From Halorutilales archaeon Cl-col2-1 (GTDB taxonomy: Archaea > Halobacteriota > Halobacteria > Halobacteriales > Afararchaeaceae): a DNA stretch of 64,000 nucleotides. The position numbers were made by a program, and so were the translations under genes. Below are positions 38,634 through 49,215 of the stretch, one piece after another. The notes below the pieces were generated by a model. The model ran no database searches. It was not told where the DNA came from and worked only from the letters and a program-made list of their open reading frames with translations. Every line of letters begins with the position of its first letter. Positions within the stretch are counted from its first letter, which is position 1. Location of the stretch: positions 1,856,001 to 1,920,000 of the forward strand of contig CP169074.1 of assembly GCA_041891055.1 (NCBI GenBank). Direction: 5' to 3'.

Positions 38634-41600
38634 ATGAATAGGAAAAACAGAATCACTGCGATGTTTATAGCACTCGTAGTGGCTGTGTCGGTGACGGCGT
38701 TTGCAGCGCCCGCAGCGGCACAGAGCGTTGATAATATTGATCCGACCCTCTCCGACGAGAATGGAGACGGTCTGGATGACAGGGTATCGATAGATGTGAC
38801 GGTTTCGAATGTTGGTAGCGGAGTGACGAATGTGACGCTTGGAGAGAGCAACTTTGACGTAGATGTATCGCCGACAGACACTGGACAGGACGATTTTGTG
38901 ACCCTGTACGATACTGACGGTGACGGAACCGACGAGAAGGTTCAGTTCGTCAATATCACATCAGGAAGTGGTACCGACGCGACGTATACGGTAGTAGCCG
39001 ACCTGTCGGGACAGTCCGACAGTGACACCGGTTCCGTTGATGTCGAACTCGGCGGAGGAACGGCTTCCTCTGCAACTTACACTGTAGTTGGTGGTTCTAC
39101 ACCCCCACCCTCGACTACGCCATCTGAAATCCGTAAGACACAGGATTCGACAGATAACGCAAACGGCAACCCCGGCGGAACAATAGACCTCGCGAACAAC
39201 CCGACAGTCTACCAGGGAGAAGATGACGTCCACTGGGTAAACAGTGCAGGTAGCGTACCCAACACGCTCACAGGAGACGAGAACTCAGGAGCCGAGGGAC
39301 AGCAGCTTGACCTTGTAGGCACGATACCGCAGAACCAGGAGACTGGAGTCTACGGTGGCGGTAGGGTCACAGTCTCGACGCCCCGCATAGTGTCGATGGA
39401 TGTTGACAACGAGCAGGGACAGGGAGTCGCAGGAAGTGAAGTCCAGGAAGGAACAAATCTCTACGTCAGCACGACGTGGAACTACGACTCCGCAGAGGAC
39501 GTCGAGCTCAGCGTAATGGACTCGACGGGAACAGAGGTTACCGGAGAAGCACTAGCTACGGGTCAGTCCGACACACGTAGTGGAGGAGCGGTTAATGATA
39601 ACTTAGGTAACCGCTGGGAGATAAACACAGGAGATCTCGAAGCAGGAGAGTACACGATAGAAGTAGCCGGAGTCGACAGCCTTGACTTCGGAGACGCGAC
39701 AAGGACAGCGACGATATCAATAACGTCGCAGGAAGATCCGTACCTAGAGCTTGAAGAAGACAGTGCGACACAGGGAGAGCGTGTCGACTACACTGTCAGA
39801 GCGTCTGACGCGGGTCTTTACCACGCAGTCGCGATAGACGAAGACGACCTACGTGACTCGGTCGACACGAGTGCTGGATCTAACGATCCCCTCGGAGTCT
39901 TCCGTAATGTTGGAGACACGCTGGATATCAGACGTGTGGACGGTTACGTAGTTGCGATGGTTGAGGTAGACGACTCCACAGGAGTAGCTACGGGAAGAAT
40001 AGACACGCAGGATCTCGACGACACGTCGGTTGATGTCTACCTCTACGAGAGCACAGTCGCGGCAAACGACTACAGTACATCTAGCGCAGCGATAGACGCA
40101 GCGTACCACGATCTTACGGACGGTACCATAGACCTCGCTACTGACGACGAAGACGACAAGACGCTCAATGTCGAGGAAGCACAGGTAACTATAGACAACC
40201 CCGGAGCGACGTACGTGATAGGCTCCGAAGTTAACCTCAACGGAACAGCGTCGCAGGGACTTGACGAGGTCGCAGTCTACGTCAGAGACGAAGGCGACTG
40301 GCAACGTGTACTTACTGACACGGTTGAGTCCGACGGAACGTGGGAGGAAGAAGATGTCGCGCTGGATGCCCGTAGTGACATACTCAGCATTTCAGGAACC
40401 TACAGAATAGGAATCATAGACAAGCAGGACACTTCGAGAGCCGCAGTCACTGACGACGACGGCGAAACTGACTCAACTAACTTCCATAACGGCTACGCGA
40501 GGACACTCGACACGAGTGACTTCAACCAGGGAACATCCAGTCAGCGCTCCATACGTGTCCTCGAACCGAGCTTCCAGTATACTATACATCCAGTTGGAGG
40601 ATCTGTTGCAGAAGAGGATGGTGAAATAAGAGTTACTGGTGAGGCAGTCGGTGCTGATGAAGTCGTAGTTGGGTTTGTTGGAGACAAGGGAGATGCTGCA
40701 GCTTATACGGTATCAGTAGATGACGACTATACCTTTGAGGAAGATCTTGAACTTACAACGACATCAGGTCATCCTGCCGATGAACCGATAAGACAAGGTA
40801 CAGTAGTTGCTTTCGGTGTAGTTAACGGAAGAGACGACGAATTCGGTGATGGTACTGCTATGGGACGGCCTACAGAAACACCTCGGCAGTTTGCCGGTCT
40901 TGTTCCTGGATTTGATAACGATGTGAGTAGAGCTAGGGGTGGCCCCACCCGAACCTCTGGTCAGATAATAGAGCTACTACGTGCGGAATCAGTGGATGAA
41001 ACCGGATCTGACGACCTCGGATATCCGTCGTCGTTCCGATACACAGATGGAAGCACGTCGATCAACGACGTAGTGCCTACGTCGCACTCCAACGTCACGG
41101 GAGTCGTCCCGATAGAGGTAGGAGAGACGATGATGGTACGCGGAACGACGAACCTCCAGCCCGACGACAACACGATAAGTGTTGAAGCGGTCTCTGGATC
41201 CAGCATGAACGAGATGCCTGTCGAGACGACGGACATGTGGAAGATGGAGAGCGGAGTCTGGTCTGTGACGATAGACACGACAGGACTTGAGCCGGGAACG
41301 TACGAGATCGAGTCTGACGACGGAGACTCGACTGACACTGTCATGGTAGAGATAGTCGCGGAAGGAGAGCGCAACGACGCGATGCTCTCCGACAAGCCGA
41401 CACTCGCAGACAGAGTCAGTCAGCTCCAGAGCAACGTAGAGGAGCTCCAGACCGAGAACGAGGAGCTCAGCACGCAGGTAGACGAGCTAGAGACGCAGAA
41501 CGAGGAGCTCAACACGCAGCTTGAGGACGCGCAGTCGGAGAACGAGGAGCTCAGCACGCAGGTAGATGAGCTTGAGCAGGAGAACAGCGACCTCCAGAGC

Positions 41601-41714
41601 CAGCTTGAGGAAGCCGAGAGTGGCGGACAGGGACAGCCTGGATTCGGAGTCGCAGCGACTCTGATCGCCCTCATCGGCGCTGGTCTCATAGCTCTCAGAA
41701 GAAAGAACGAGTAG
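38634..41714 (+). CDS. csg: Major S-layer (cell surface) glycoprotein with PGF-CTERM
   Basis: Sec signal ending PAAA, acidic Ig-like domains, NxT sequons, C-terminal GQPGF + TM + RRK archaeosortase signal; AT-rich upstream region. Confidence 0.88.
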   Translation: MNRKNRITAMFIALVVAVSVTAFAAPAAAQSVDNIDPTLSDENGDGLDDRVSIDVTVSNVGSGVTNVTLGESNFDVDVSPTDTGQDDFVTLYDTDGDGTDEKVQFVNITSGSGTDATYTVVADLSGQSDSDTGSVDVELGGGTASSATYTVVGGSTPPPSTTPSEIRKTQDSTDNANGNPGGTIDLANNPTVYQGEDDVHWVNSAGSVPNTLTGDENSGAEGQQLDLVGTIPQNQETGVYGGGRVTVSTPRIVSMDVDNEQGQGVAGSEVQEGTNLYVSTTWNYDSAEDVELSVMDSTGTEVTGEALATGQSDTRSGGAVNDNLGNRWEINTGDLEAGEYTIEVAGVDSLDFGDATRTATISITSQEDPYLELEEDSATQGERVDYTVRASDAGLYHAVAIDEDDLRDSVDTSAGSNDPLGVFRNVGDTLDIRRVDGYVVAMVEVDDSTGVATGRIDTQDLDDTSVDVYLYESTVAANDYSTSSAAIDAAYHDLTDGTIDLATDDEDDKTLNVEEAQVTIDNPGATYVIGSEVNLNGTASQGLDEVAVYVRDEGDWQRVLTDTVESDGTWEEEDVALDARSDILSISGTYRIGIIDKQDTSRAAVTDDDGETDSTNFHNGYARTLDTSDFNQGTSSQRSIRVLEPSFQYTIHPVGGSVAEEDGEIRVTGEAVGADEVVVGFVGDKGDAAAYTVSVDDDYTFEEDLELTTTSGHPADEPIRQGTVVAFGVVNGRDDEFGDGTAMGRPTETPRQFAGLVPGFDNDVSRARGGPTRTSGQIIELLRAESVDETGSDDLGYPSSFRYTDGSTSINDVVPTSHSNVTGVVPIEVGETMMVRGTTNLQPDDNTISVEAVSGSSMNEMPVETTDMWKMESGVWSVTIDTTGLEPGTYEIESDDGDSTDTVMVEIVAEGERNDAMLSDKPTLADRVSQLQSNVEELQTENEELSTQVDELETQNEELNTQLEDAQSENEELSTQVDELEQENSDLQSQLEEAESGGQGQPGFGVAATLIALIGAGLIALRRKNE
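41421..41620 (+). repeat. 42-bp (14-aa) tandem repeat encoding a coiled coil
   Basis: AGAACGAGGAGCTCA at 41455, 41497 and 41539, degenerate copy at 41581. Confidence 0.85.
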
Positions 41715-41755
41715 AGTAGCGGTACCGACGTAGCAGAAAAGAAGTCTTTTTTATT

Positions 41756-43912
41756 TTAATCCCGCGCGGAGTCGAGAGTCTGTTTTACCTCTCTCTCGAC
41801 GTTCTCCTGAGTCAGACTGTCGAGACTGACGTAGTCGCCACCCGACTCACGTGCTATCTCCTCTCCGAGACCCGTCTGTACGTATCCCGACTCGCCGTCT
41901 AAGACGACGACCTTGACGTTCTCAGAGCCGAGGAGACGTGATAGTCTTCTGACTTCCTCGACCGGGTCGCCGTCTTCGTGCATAGAGACGTTCGCCTTTC
42001 CGTCAGTAACGAGAACTAGAACCGGAAGAACTGCGTTGTCCGACTTCTTCGTCTCGTTCTGGATGACGTCATACGACTTCGAGAGGGCGTGACTCAGAGG
42101 TGTCCTGTCGCCCGTCGGAAGCTCCTTGAGATGGCGTGCAGCTATCTCGACGCTGTTAGTCGGCGGAAGAAGCACCTCGGCGTCGTCGCCCTTGAAGCCT
42201 ATGAAAGCGACCTTGTCACGGTTCCGGTACGAGTCGTTGAGGAGCGACATGACTGCGCCCTTCGCCGTCTTCATACGTCCCTCGGCGTTCATGCTTCCAG
42301 ACGCGTCGACTGCGAAGACGACGAGTGCCTGACGTCCTTCCTCACGTACCTTCTCGTGCAGGTCGTCCTTGCCCACTTCTGTCTTACCGCCTCTAGCCGC
42401 CGACCTGACTGTCGCGTCAACTGCTACGTCTATGTCTGTGTCGTCTGTGTCGCTCGCGCGTCTCGATCTGACGTATCTACCGGAGTCCGAGGTGGAAGAA
42501 GAGTGTTCGCCCGACTCGGTGCCGACTCGATCGGCGGTGTCTACGTCTATCTCAGGCGAGTCGGCATCGCCTACGTCAGCTACCGTCTCTGGCTTCGATC
42601 CCGGCTTAGCTTCTTCGGTCGGCACTTCCTCGCCCTCATCACTGTCTTCTGTCCCATCCGTCTCTCTTTCACTGTCACCGTCACGGTCTCGGGCACCGGT
42701 GTCCTCCTCTCGAGTCTCCCTTTCTCGTTCTCTTGTGTCACTGTCTCCGTCTCTGGCGTCATCATCACCCTTACCACCTTCTTCGTCACCGTCGTCGTTT
42801 TCCGACCCTTCGTCGTCATCCATCTCATTGTCGGACTCCGGATCACCGTCTTCCTCCCCCTCTTCTCCTTCGTCCATCCCGTCTTCGCTTTCTTCCTCCC
42901 CTTCCTCGTCAAAGCTCTCGTCCATGACGTCGTCGAGATCACGTGAGTCGCCGAATGGGTCGGTCTTCATCCTGTGGGGAAGGGTCAGACGCGCCGCTTC
43001 TTTGACGTCTTCTTCCCTCACCTTCTCCCTTTGGTCTAAGGCTGCGATCGCACGTGCCGTCCTCGTAGTTATTATGTCGGCACGGTATCCGTCGACTCCC
43101 GCCTCGGTACAGAGTTCAGCAATCTTCTGTCTCAGAGACGCGTCGATACCCACGCCCTCGCCGTAGATCTCTCTTCCCTCCTCGATCTTCTCTCTCAGAC
43201 GTTCCTCGTCTCCTCTGTACTCCTCTATGACCGAGTCGGGGTCTCTCTCGAACTTCTCGGCTATCTCGACGACCTCGATACGTTCCTCTGGATCGGACGA
43301 TCCGACGACATCGACCTGTAGACCGAACCTGTCGAGGAACTGGGGTCTCAGGCTCCCTTCCTCGGGATTCATGGTTCCGACGAGTATGAAGTCGGCGGGA
43401 TGTTCGACCGAGACCCCCTCTCTCTCGACCTTGTTGACACCGCTCGCGGCGGCGTCGAGGAGAACGTCGACGAGATGGTCATCGAGGAGGTTGACCTCGT
43501 CTATGTAGAGAATCCCTCGGTTCGCGCGAGCGAGAATTCCGGGTTCGAGTGCGTTTACTCCCTCATTGAGTGCCTTCTCGACGTCTATCGATCCCACGAC
43601 CCTGTCCTCTGTCGCCCCGAGAGGCAGATCGACGACGGGTGTGGGTATACTCTCGGTCTCAATCTCCTCAGGGTCTTTCTCCTTACAGTTCTCACACTGG
43701 AGATCGGGGTTCTCGGGATGACAGTTGAACTCACATCCTCTGACGACCTCTATCTCGGGAAGGAGACGTCCTAGCCCCCGGACTGCGGTGCTCTTGGCAG
43801 TCCCTTTCTCACCTCTTATGAGGACTCCCTGAAGGGGAGCTACCGAGTTGAGAAGAAGTGCCCTCTTGAGGCTGTCCTGACCCACTACAGCCGGAAACGG
43901 AAAGACTCGCAT
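41756..43912 (-). CDS. chlID: Chelatase ChlI/ChlD fusion (AAA+ ATPase, acidic linker, vWA)
   Basis: [31 protein letters not shown]; MIDAS DASGS, TPL, VTDG; divergent from cobN. Confidence 0.9.
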   Translation of the reverse strand: MRVFPFPAVVGQDSLKRALLLNSVAPLQGVLIRGEKGTAKSTAVRGLGRLLPEIEVVRGCEFNCHPENPDLQCENCKEKDPEEIETESIPTPVVDLPLGATEDRVVGSIDVEKALNEGVNALEPGILARANRGILYIDEVNLLDDHLVDVLLDAAASGVNKVEREGVSVEHPADFILVGTMNPEEGSLRPQFLDRFGLQVDVVGSSDPEERIEVVEIAEKFERDPDSVIEEYRGDEERLREKIEEGREIYGEGVGIDASLRQKIAELCTEAGVDGYRADIITTRTARAIAALDQREKVREEDVKEAARLTLPHRMKTDPFGDSRDLDDVMDESFDEEGEEESEDGMDEGEEGEEDGDPESDNEMDDDEGSENDDGDEEGGKGDDDARDGDSDTRERERETREEDTGARDRDGDSERETDGTEDSDEGEEVPTEEAKPGSKPETVADVGDADSPEIDVDTADRVGTESGEHSSSTSDSGRYVRSRRASDTDDTDIDVAVDATVRSAARGGKTEVGKDDLHEKVREEGRQALVVFAVDASGSMNAEGRMKTAKGAVMSLLNDSYRNRDKVAFIGFKGDDAEVLLPPTNSVEIAARHLKELPTGDRTPLSHALSKSYDVIQNETKKSDNAVLPVLVLVTDGKANVSMHEDGDPVEEVRRLSRLLGSENVKVVVLDGESGYVQTGLGEEIARESGGDYVSLDSLTQENVEREVKQTLDSARD

Positions 43913-44010
43913 CTACCCGATATCGTCGTGTGTGTCTTATATCGGTTGGGATTCGACGAGGAATTAAAATTCGTTTGATTTAACACAACTGGGTTTGTAC
44001 TCGTCTCCAT

Positions 44011-47000
44011 ATGAGGGTGGCTGTCTTCAGCGCGACGGACAACGAGATAGGGGCTATCGAGAGAGGGTACACGAGAGCCTCTGACTCAGCCGAGATAGAT
44101 CTTGAGGTCAGAAGCAAGAGGGATCTCAAGGACGAAGATGAGAGGGAGGGGTTCCTCGAATTCTGTCTCGACTCCGACTTCGTTCTCCTCAACCTCCACG
44201 GACCCGAGGACAGCATGCCGGGGTACGAGGAGTTCATAGACGAACTCGATGACGAGGACAAGCCAGTCTGTGTCAAGTCGACGGGTGATCCCTTCGCTCT
44301 ACGTGACACGACGGTCGACGACGAGGTACGTGACCGAATCTACGACTACATCGACAAGGGTGGAATCGTCAACCTCGAAAACCTACTTCTCTACTTAGCC
44401 GACAGATACGGCACCGAAGACGCCGGACACGACGATCCCGTCGAACTTCCGACCGAGGGCATCTACCATCCCGACTACCCCGGGATCGAGTACGAAGACT
44501 ACTTAGAGACTCTCGACGACTCGAAGCCGACCGTCGGCGTCTGGTTCTACGAGTCCCAGTGGGTACACGGAAACACCGACTACATCGACGCCGTGGTACG
44601 TGAGATAGAGTCGAACGGAGCGAACGCACTCCCCGTCTTCCTGACACCGACCTACGACGAGGAGATCGACAACCGCCCCGCGAGATGGGTCGCACGCAAC
44701 TGGTTCACTAGAGACGGCGAGTCCGTCGTCGACGCTGTGGTCTCTTCGCTGATGTTCTCTCTCTCAATGGAGGAGAGAGGAAGGTCAGGAAACGCCGACG
44801 AAGCCGGTGACACCAACGCATTCCTCGAAGAGCTCGGTGTTCCTGTCATACAGACAGTTACCACGATGAGGTCACGTTCGAGGTACGAGTCCGCCGACCA
44901 GGGTCTGATGTCGTTCGAACTCTCTCTCTCTGTCGCACTTCCCGAGTACGACGGAAACCTCATAACCTTCCCCGTGAGCGGGAAGGAGTCGGTCGATCCG
45001 TCGGTCGAGATGGGGACGAGTCCGAAACGCCACAAGCCGATAGACCACCGTGTCGAGAGAGCGGTCTCGCTCGCGGTCAACTGGGCGCGTCTCTCGTACA
45101 TCCCTAACTCGGAGAAGAAGGTAGCAGTCGTCCTCCACAACTATCCCCCGACTGACCACGGAATAGGTACTGCTTTCGGTCTCGACTCGCCCGAAAGCGC
45201 GGTGCGTCTTCTCGAAGGACTCGACGAGAGGGGATACGAGACCGATGTCCCTGAGTCGGGAGAGGAGCTACTCGATGTACTCACATCACAGCTTACACTC
45301 GACAACCGGTGGGTCGCTCCCGAGGACGTCGAGGAGATAGCACTCGATACGGTCTCGGAGGAAGAGTACCTCGACTGGTTCGAAGACGCGCCCGAGGGCA
45401 TACGTGAGGGTCTCGTAGACGAGTGGGGCGAACCCGAGGGCGAGGGCGACTACCCGATTCCGGGTACGAAGCTCGGAAACGTCTTAGTGACTGTACAGCC
45501 CCCACGCGGATTCGGCGACGATCCCTCGAAGATCTACCACTCGTCCGACCTCAACCCACCCCACGACTACTACGCCTTCTACGAATGGATCAGACACGAG
45601 TTCGAGGCGGACGCAGTCGTCCATCTCGGAACACACGGATCACTCGAATGGCTTCCCGGAAAGACTGTCGGACTCTCGGAGTCGTGTTTCCCCGACGCGA
45701 TGGTACAGGACATCCCGAACGTCTACCCCTACATAGTCAACAATCCCGGAGAAGGCGCACAGGCTAAGAGGAGAAGCTACGCCGCACTCGTCGACTACCT
45801 CACCCCTGTGATGAAGAACGCCGGACTCTACGACGAACTCGCCGAGATCGAGGATCTGTGTAACGAGTACAAGAAGTCGGAGGCGGACAAGGACGAGGCG
45901 GGACATCTGCGTGACCTGATCTGGGAGAGGATAGACGAGTCGGGAGTCGATGAGGACATCGATATATCGAGGGAAGACGACTTCGACGACGTTCTCACGC
46001 GACTCCACAGCTATCTCAACGACGTCAAGAAGACACAGATACGTTCGGGTCTCCACACTATGGGACAGCCGCCCCACGGAGAAGACCTCGTCGAGTACCT
46101 CGTCGCACTCACACGTCTCGGTAACCCCGGCGCGCCGTCTCTCAGGAAGTCGGTCACCGACGCGATGGGATATGACTACGACGAGATGCTCGACAGCCCC
46201 TCGGAGTACGTCGACGAACTCGGAATGACGTGGGCTGAGGCTACGGATGAAGTCGACGAGACGTGTGTATCTCTCGTTTCCGAACTCGCCGAAGAGGGAT
46301 TCGACGTGAGTGGTGAATACGTAAGAGAGATCACGCGTTCATACCTCGGAGACTCTCACGAAGACGTCGAGGAGGTTCTCTCCTACATCGCCGACGAGAT
46401 AAAGCCATCACTCGACGGAGCCGAAAACGAGATAAGCCGTACTGCCGACGCCCTGAACGGCGAGTACGTGCCACCCGGAAAGTCGGGTGCTCCGACGAGA
46501 GGAAACGCCGACGTACTCCCGACTGCGCGTAACTTCTACACCATAGACCCGCGCACAGTCCCCTCGAAGGCGGCTTACCGAGTCGGCTCCGAGGTCGCCG
46601 AGTCAACCTTGAAGAGACATCTCGACGAAAACGGCGAGTATCCCGAGGAGATGGGTGTAGTCGCTTGGGGAACCCCCATAATTAGGTCGAACGGAGAGAC
46701 GATCGCCGAGGTACTGCGTCTGATGGGGGTACGTCCTGAGTGGAGCGACTCGGGACGCGTCGAGGGCGTTGAGCCGATACCTCTCGAAGACCTCGACAGA
46801 CCACGTATCGATGTCACGACACGTGTCTCGGGACTCTTTAGGGACGCCTTCCCACCCGTCGCGAAGTTACTCAATGAGGCTGTCGAGACGGTCGTAGAAC
46901 TCGACGAGCCCCACGACATGAACTACGTCAAGAAACACGTCGAGGACGAAGCCGACGAACTCATCGAGGACGGACTCGACGAGGACGAAGCCCTCGACAC

Positions 47001-47799
47001 GGCGTCGTACCGTGTCTTCTGTACGAAGCCCGGTGGATACGGAGCCGGTACGAACAAGGCGGTCGACGAGTCGGAGTGGGAAGACGCCTCCGACCTAGCC
47101 GAGATATACGTCGAGTGGGGAGGCTACGCCCTCACGGGACGTGACGTCGTCGAGTCGAAGGATGTCTTCGAGACACGTCTCGGAAACGTCGAGGCGACAC
47201 TCAAGACAGAGGACACACAGGAACAGGACGAGTTCGACTCGAGCGACTGGTACGCCTTCCACGGCGGCTTCATCACAGCGGTCGAGACGGTGAGTGGTGA
47301 GAAGCCCGAGTCGTACGTCGGAGACACGAGTGATCCCGACAGGATAGAGGTCTACACCAACGACGAGAAGGTCAAGAAGGCTCTCAGGGCACGTGTTCTC
47401 AACCCCAAATGGATAGACAGCATGAAGGAACACGGATACAAGGGTGCCGGCGACCTCGCCCAGACGGTCGACACGGCGTTCGGATGGGACGCGACGACCG
47501 ACGTCATAGACGACGCCGCCTACGAGGAGATCGCCGAGAAGTACGCCTTCGACGAAGATACCCAGGACTGGATGAGAGACGTCAACCCTTGGGCACTCGA
47601 GTCGATCACGGAGCGTCTTCTCGAAGCGATACAGAGAGGAATGTGGGACGCCGACGACGAGACCGAGGACGACCTCAGACGCGTCTACTTGTCGGTAGAG
47701 GGAGAGATAGAGGAAGAAACAGAAGCGAGTATCGACGCCCACAGAGAGTCAGACAGTAGTACTGAGACAGCCAGAACCAAGACGGAGACTGACGACTGA
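44011..47799 (+). CDS. cobN: Cobaltochelatase subunit CobN
   Basis: VLHNYPP, HLGTHGSLEWLPGK, NNPGEGAQAKRRS, LPTARNFY, RPRIDV, NPKWI. Confidence 0.95.
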   Translation: MRVAVFSATDNEIGAIERGYTRASDSAEIDLEVRSKRDLKDEDEREGFLEFCLDSDFVLLNLHGPEDSMPGYEEFIDELDDEDKPVCVKSTGDPFALRDTTVDDEVRDRIYDYIDKGGIVNLENLLLYLADRYGTEDAGHDDPVELPTEGIYHPDYPGIEYEDYLETLDDSKPTVGVWFYESQWVHGNTDYIDAVVREIESNGANALPVFLTPTYDEEIDNRPARWVARNWFTRDGESVVDAVVSSLMFSLSMEERGRSGNADEAGDTNAFLEELGVPVIQTVTTMRSRSRYESADQGLMSFELSLSVALPEYDGNLITFPVSGKESVDPSVEMGTSPKRHKPIDHRVERAVSLAVNWARLSYIPNSEKKVAVVLHNYPPTDHGIGTAFGLDSPESAVRLLEGLDERGYETDVPESGEELLDVLTSQLTLDNRWVAPEDVEEIALDTVSEEEYLDWFEDAPEGIREGLVDEWGEPEGEGDYPIPGTKLGNVLVTVQPPRGFGDDPSKIYHSSDLNPPHDYYAFYEWIRHEFEADAVVHLGTHGSLEWLPGKTVGLSESCFPDAMVQDIPNVYPYIVNNPGEGAQAKRRSYAALVDYLTPVMKNAGLYDELAEIEDLCNEYKKSEADKDEAGHLRDLIWERIDESGVDEDIDISREDDFDDVLTRLHSYLNDVKKTQIRSGLHTMGQPPHGEDLVEYLVALTRLGNPGAPSLRKSVTDAMGYDYDEMLDSPSEYVDELGMTWAEATDEVDETCVSLVSELAEEGFDVSGEYVREITRSYLGDSHEDVEEVLSYIADEIKPSLDGAENEISRTADALNGEYVPPGKSGAPTRGNADVLPTARNFYTIDPRTVPSKAAYRVGSEVAESTLKRHLDENGEYPEEMGVVAWGTPIIRSNGETIAEVLRLMGVRPEWSDSGRVEGVEPIPLEDLDRPRIDVTTRVSGLFRDAFPPVAKLLNEAVETVVELDEPHDMNYVKKHVEDEADELIEDGLDEDEALDTASYRVFCTKPGGYGAGTNKAVDESEWEDASDLAEIYVEWGGYALTGRDVVESKDVFETRLGNVEATLKTEDTQEQDEFDSSDWYAFHGGFITAVETVSGEKPESYVGDTSDPDRIEVYTNDEKVKKALRARVLNPKWIDSMKEHGYKGAGDLAQTVDTAFGWDATTDVIDDAAYEEIAEKYAFDEDTQDWMRDVNPWALESITERLLEAIQRGMWDADDETEDDLRRVYLSVEGEIEEETEASIDAHRESDSSTETARTKTETDD

Positions 47800-48476
47800 T
47801 GACAGATAAGAAAAACAGACAGAAACAGAACGAGCCGAACAGTAACAACCCGTACGCCGACCTAGGAGCGACGACCAAGCAGGGAGAGGCTATCGCGGAG
47901 TCGAGCATGGAGTTTGTCCGGACGGTCGTCGGAGACGAGACCCCCGAGGACAGGATACGCCAGAAGTCGGTACATTCGACCGGTGACATAGAGTTCCAAC
48001 ACTTCATGCGGTTCGAGGGCGATCCCATAGAGTCGGCGGTCGAGGCTATCAACTCTGAGTCGAAGATAGTCACCGACATAACGATGGCGAAGGCGGGAAT
48101 CACGTCGCGCGGACATTCGTGTGAAGTCGTGAAGGCACTCGGACACGGTAAGGAGCTCGCCGAGGAGACAGGTATGACACGTACAGCCGCGGGTGTAGTC
48201 GGTACGAAGGATCAGATAGACGGCGGTATATTCGTCGTCGGAAACGCTCCAACTGCGGCGTTCAAGCTCTGTGAACTCGTCGAGGAAGAGGGGATCGAGC
48301 CCGCGTGTGTCGTCGCGACCCCGGTAGGATTCGTCAACGCCGAGGAGTCGAGACAGAGGGTCAGACAGACCGACGTACCCTCGATCACGAACGTCTCGAC
48401 ACGTGGAGGATCGGGACTCGCCGCCGCGCTCACGAACGAACTCATACATATAGCCTCCGACAGGAGAGAGGAGTAG
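47799..48476 (+). CDS. cbiC: Precorrin-8X methylmutase
   Basis: VHSTGD, TDITMAKAGI, TRTAAG, GNAPTA, PVGFV, RGGS. Confidence 0.94.
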   Translation: MTDKKNRQKQNEPNSNNPYADLGATTKQGEAIAESSMEFVRTVVGDETPEDRIRQKSVHSTGDIEFQHFMRFEGDPIESAVEAINSESKIVTDITMAKAGITSRGHSCEVVKALGHGKELAEETGMTRTAAGVVGTKDQIDGGIFVVGNAPTAAFKLCELVEEEGIEPACVVATPVGFVNAEESRQRVRQTDVPSITNVSTRGGSGLAAALTNELIHIASDRREE

Positions 48477-48477
48477 T

Positions 48478-49215
48478 ATGTCGGAAACTCAGACACGAGA
48501 GACGGAACAGTCCAGGTTGGGGGACGTTCATGCCGTCGGTATAGGTCCCGGTAGTTCCGAGTACGTCACTCTCAGGACGAAACGTCTCATAGAGGACGCA
48601 GACGTGGTCGCGGGATTCACCGCAGTAGTCGAGAAGATCGAGGAACACATCGACGGTGCCGAGGTCGTCGAGATGGGGTACGCCGACGAGGCGGAGAAAC
48701 TCGAATACGTCGCCGACCTGAACCGCGAGGGCGACGACGTCGTCGTATGCCTCATGGGTGATGCCAACTTCTCGGGATACCAGTACCTCGAAAAGGTCGA
48801 GGACGCCCTCGACGCCGACGTAGAACTCGTGCCGGGTATAAGTTCAGCACAGGTCGCGGCGAGCCGTTCGAGGACGCCGTTCGAGGAGTCGGTCTTCGTC
48901 ACACTCCACAAGACGTACGACGAGGGAGAGATAGAAGACGACCTCGACGTCATAGTCGACGCGGTGACCTCGGGAAGAAACGCGATTGTGATACCCCTTC
49001 CTTACTCGTTCATGCCTGAGGACGTCGCCGAGCTTCTGATCGACGAAGGAGCCGACACCGACGCCGACGCCTACGTCTACGAGGAGCTGACGATGGACGA
49101 GACGCGGTGGGAGGGAACTGTAGAGGATCTTTCCGACCTCGAAGGCGACGAAGGTAAGGGTGACAGAGAAGAGAGCGCGTTCTCCGATATGACCATCATG
49201 GTCGTATCACCATAA
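48478..49215 (+). CDS. cbiE: Cobalt-precorrin-7 C5-methyltransferase
   Basis: VGIGPG, MGDANFSG, VPGISSAQVAASR, TLH; follows cbiC. Confidence 0.8.
   Translation: MSETQTRETEQSRLGDVHAVGIGPGSSEYVTLRTKRLIEDADVVAGFTAVVEKIEEHIDGAEVVEMGYADEAEKLEYVADLNREGDDVVVCLMGDANFSGYQYLEKVEDALDADVELVPGISSAQVAASRSRTPFEESVFVTLHKTYDEGEIEDDLDVIVDAVTSGRNAIVIPLPYSFMPEDVAELLIDEGADTDADAYVYEELTMDETRWEGTVEDLSDLEGDEGKGDREESAFSDMTIMVVSP

Noticed and set aside
41421-41620. CRISPR-like periodic repeat
   Set aside because: The 42-bp period is in frame within csg, encodes a coiled coil and has no unique spacers
42460-42930. Low-complexity acidic stretch in chlID as a possible insertion
   Set aside because: An acidic linker between the AAA+ and vWA domains is normal for ChlD-type proteins
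41756-43912. Mg-chelatase implying chlorophyll synthesis
   Set aside because: The context is cobN-cbiC-cbiE and no bch/chl genes are present
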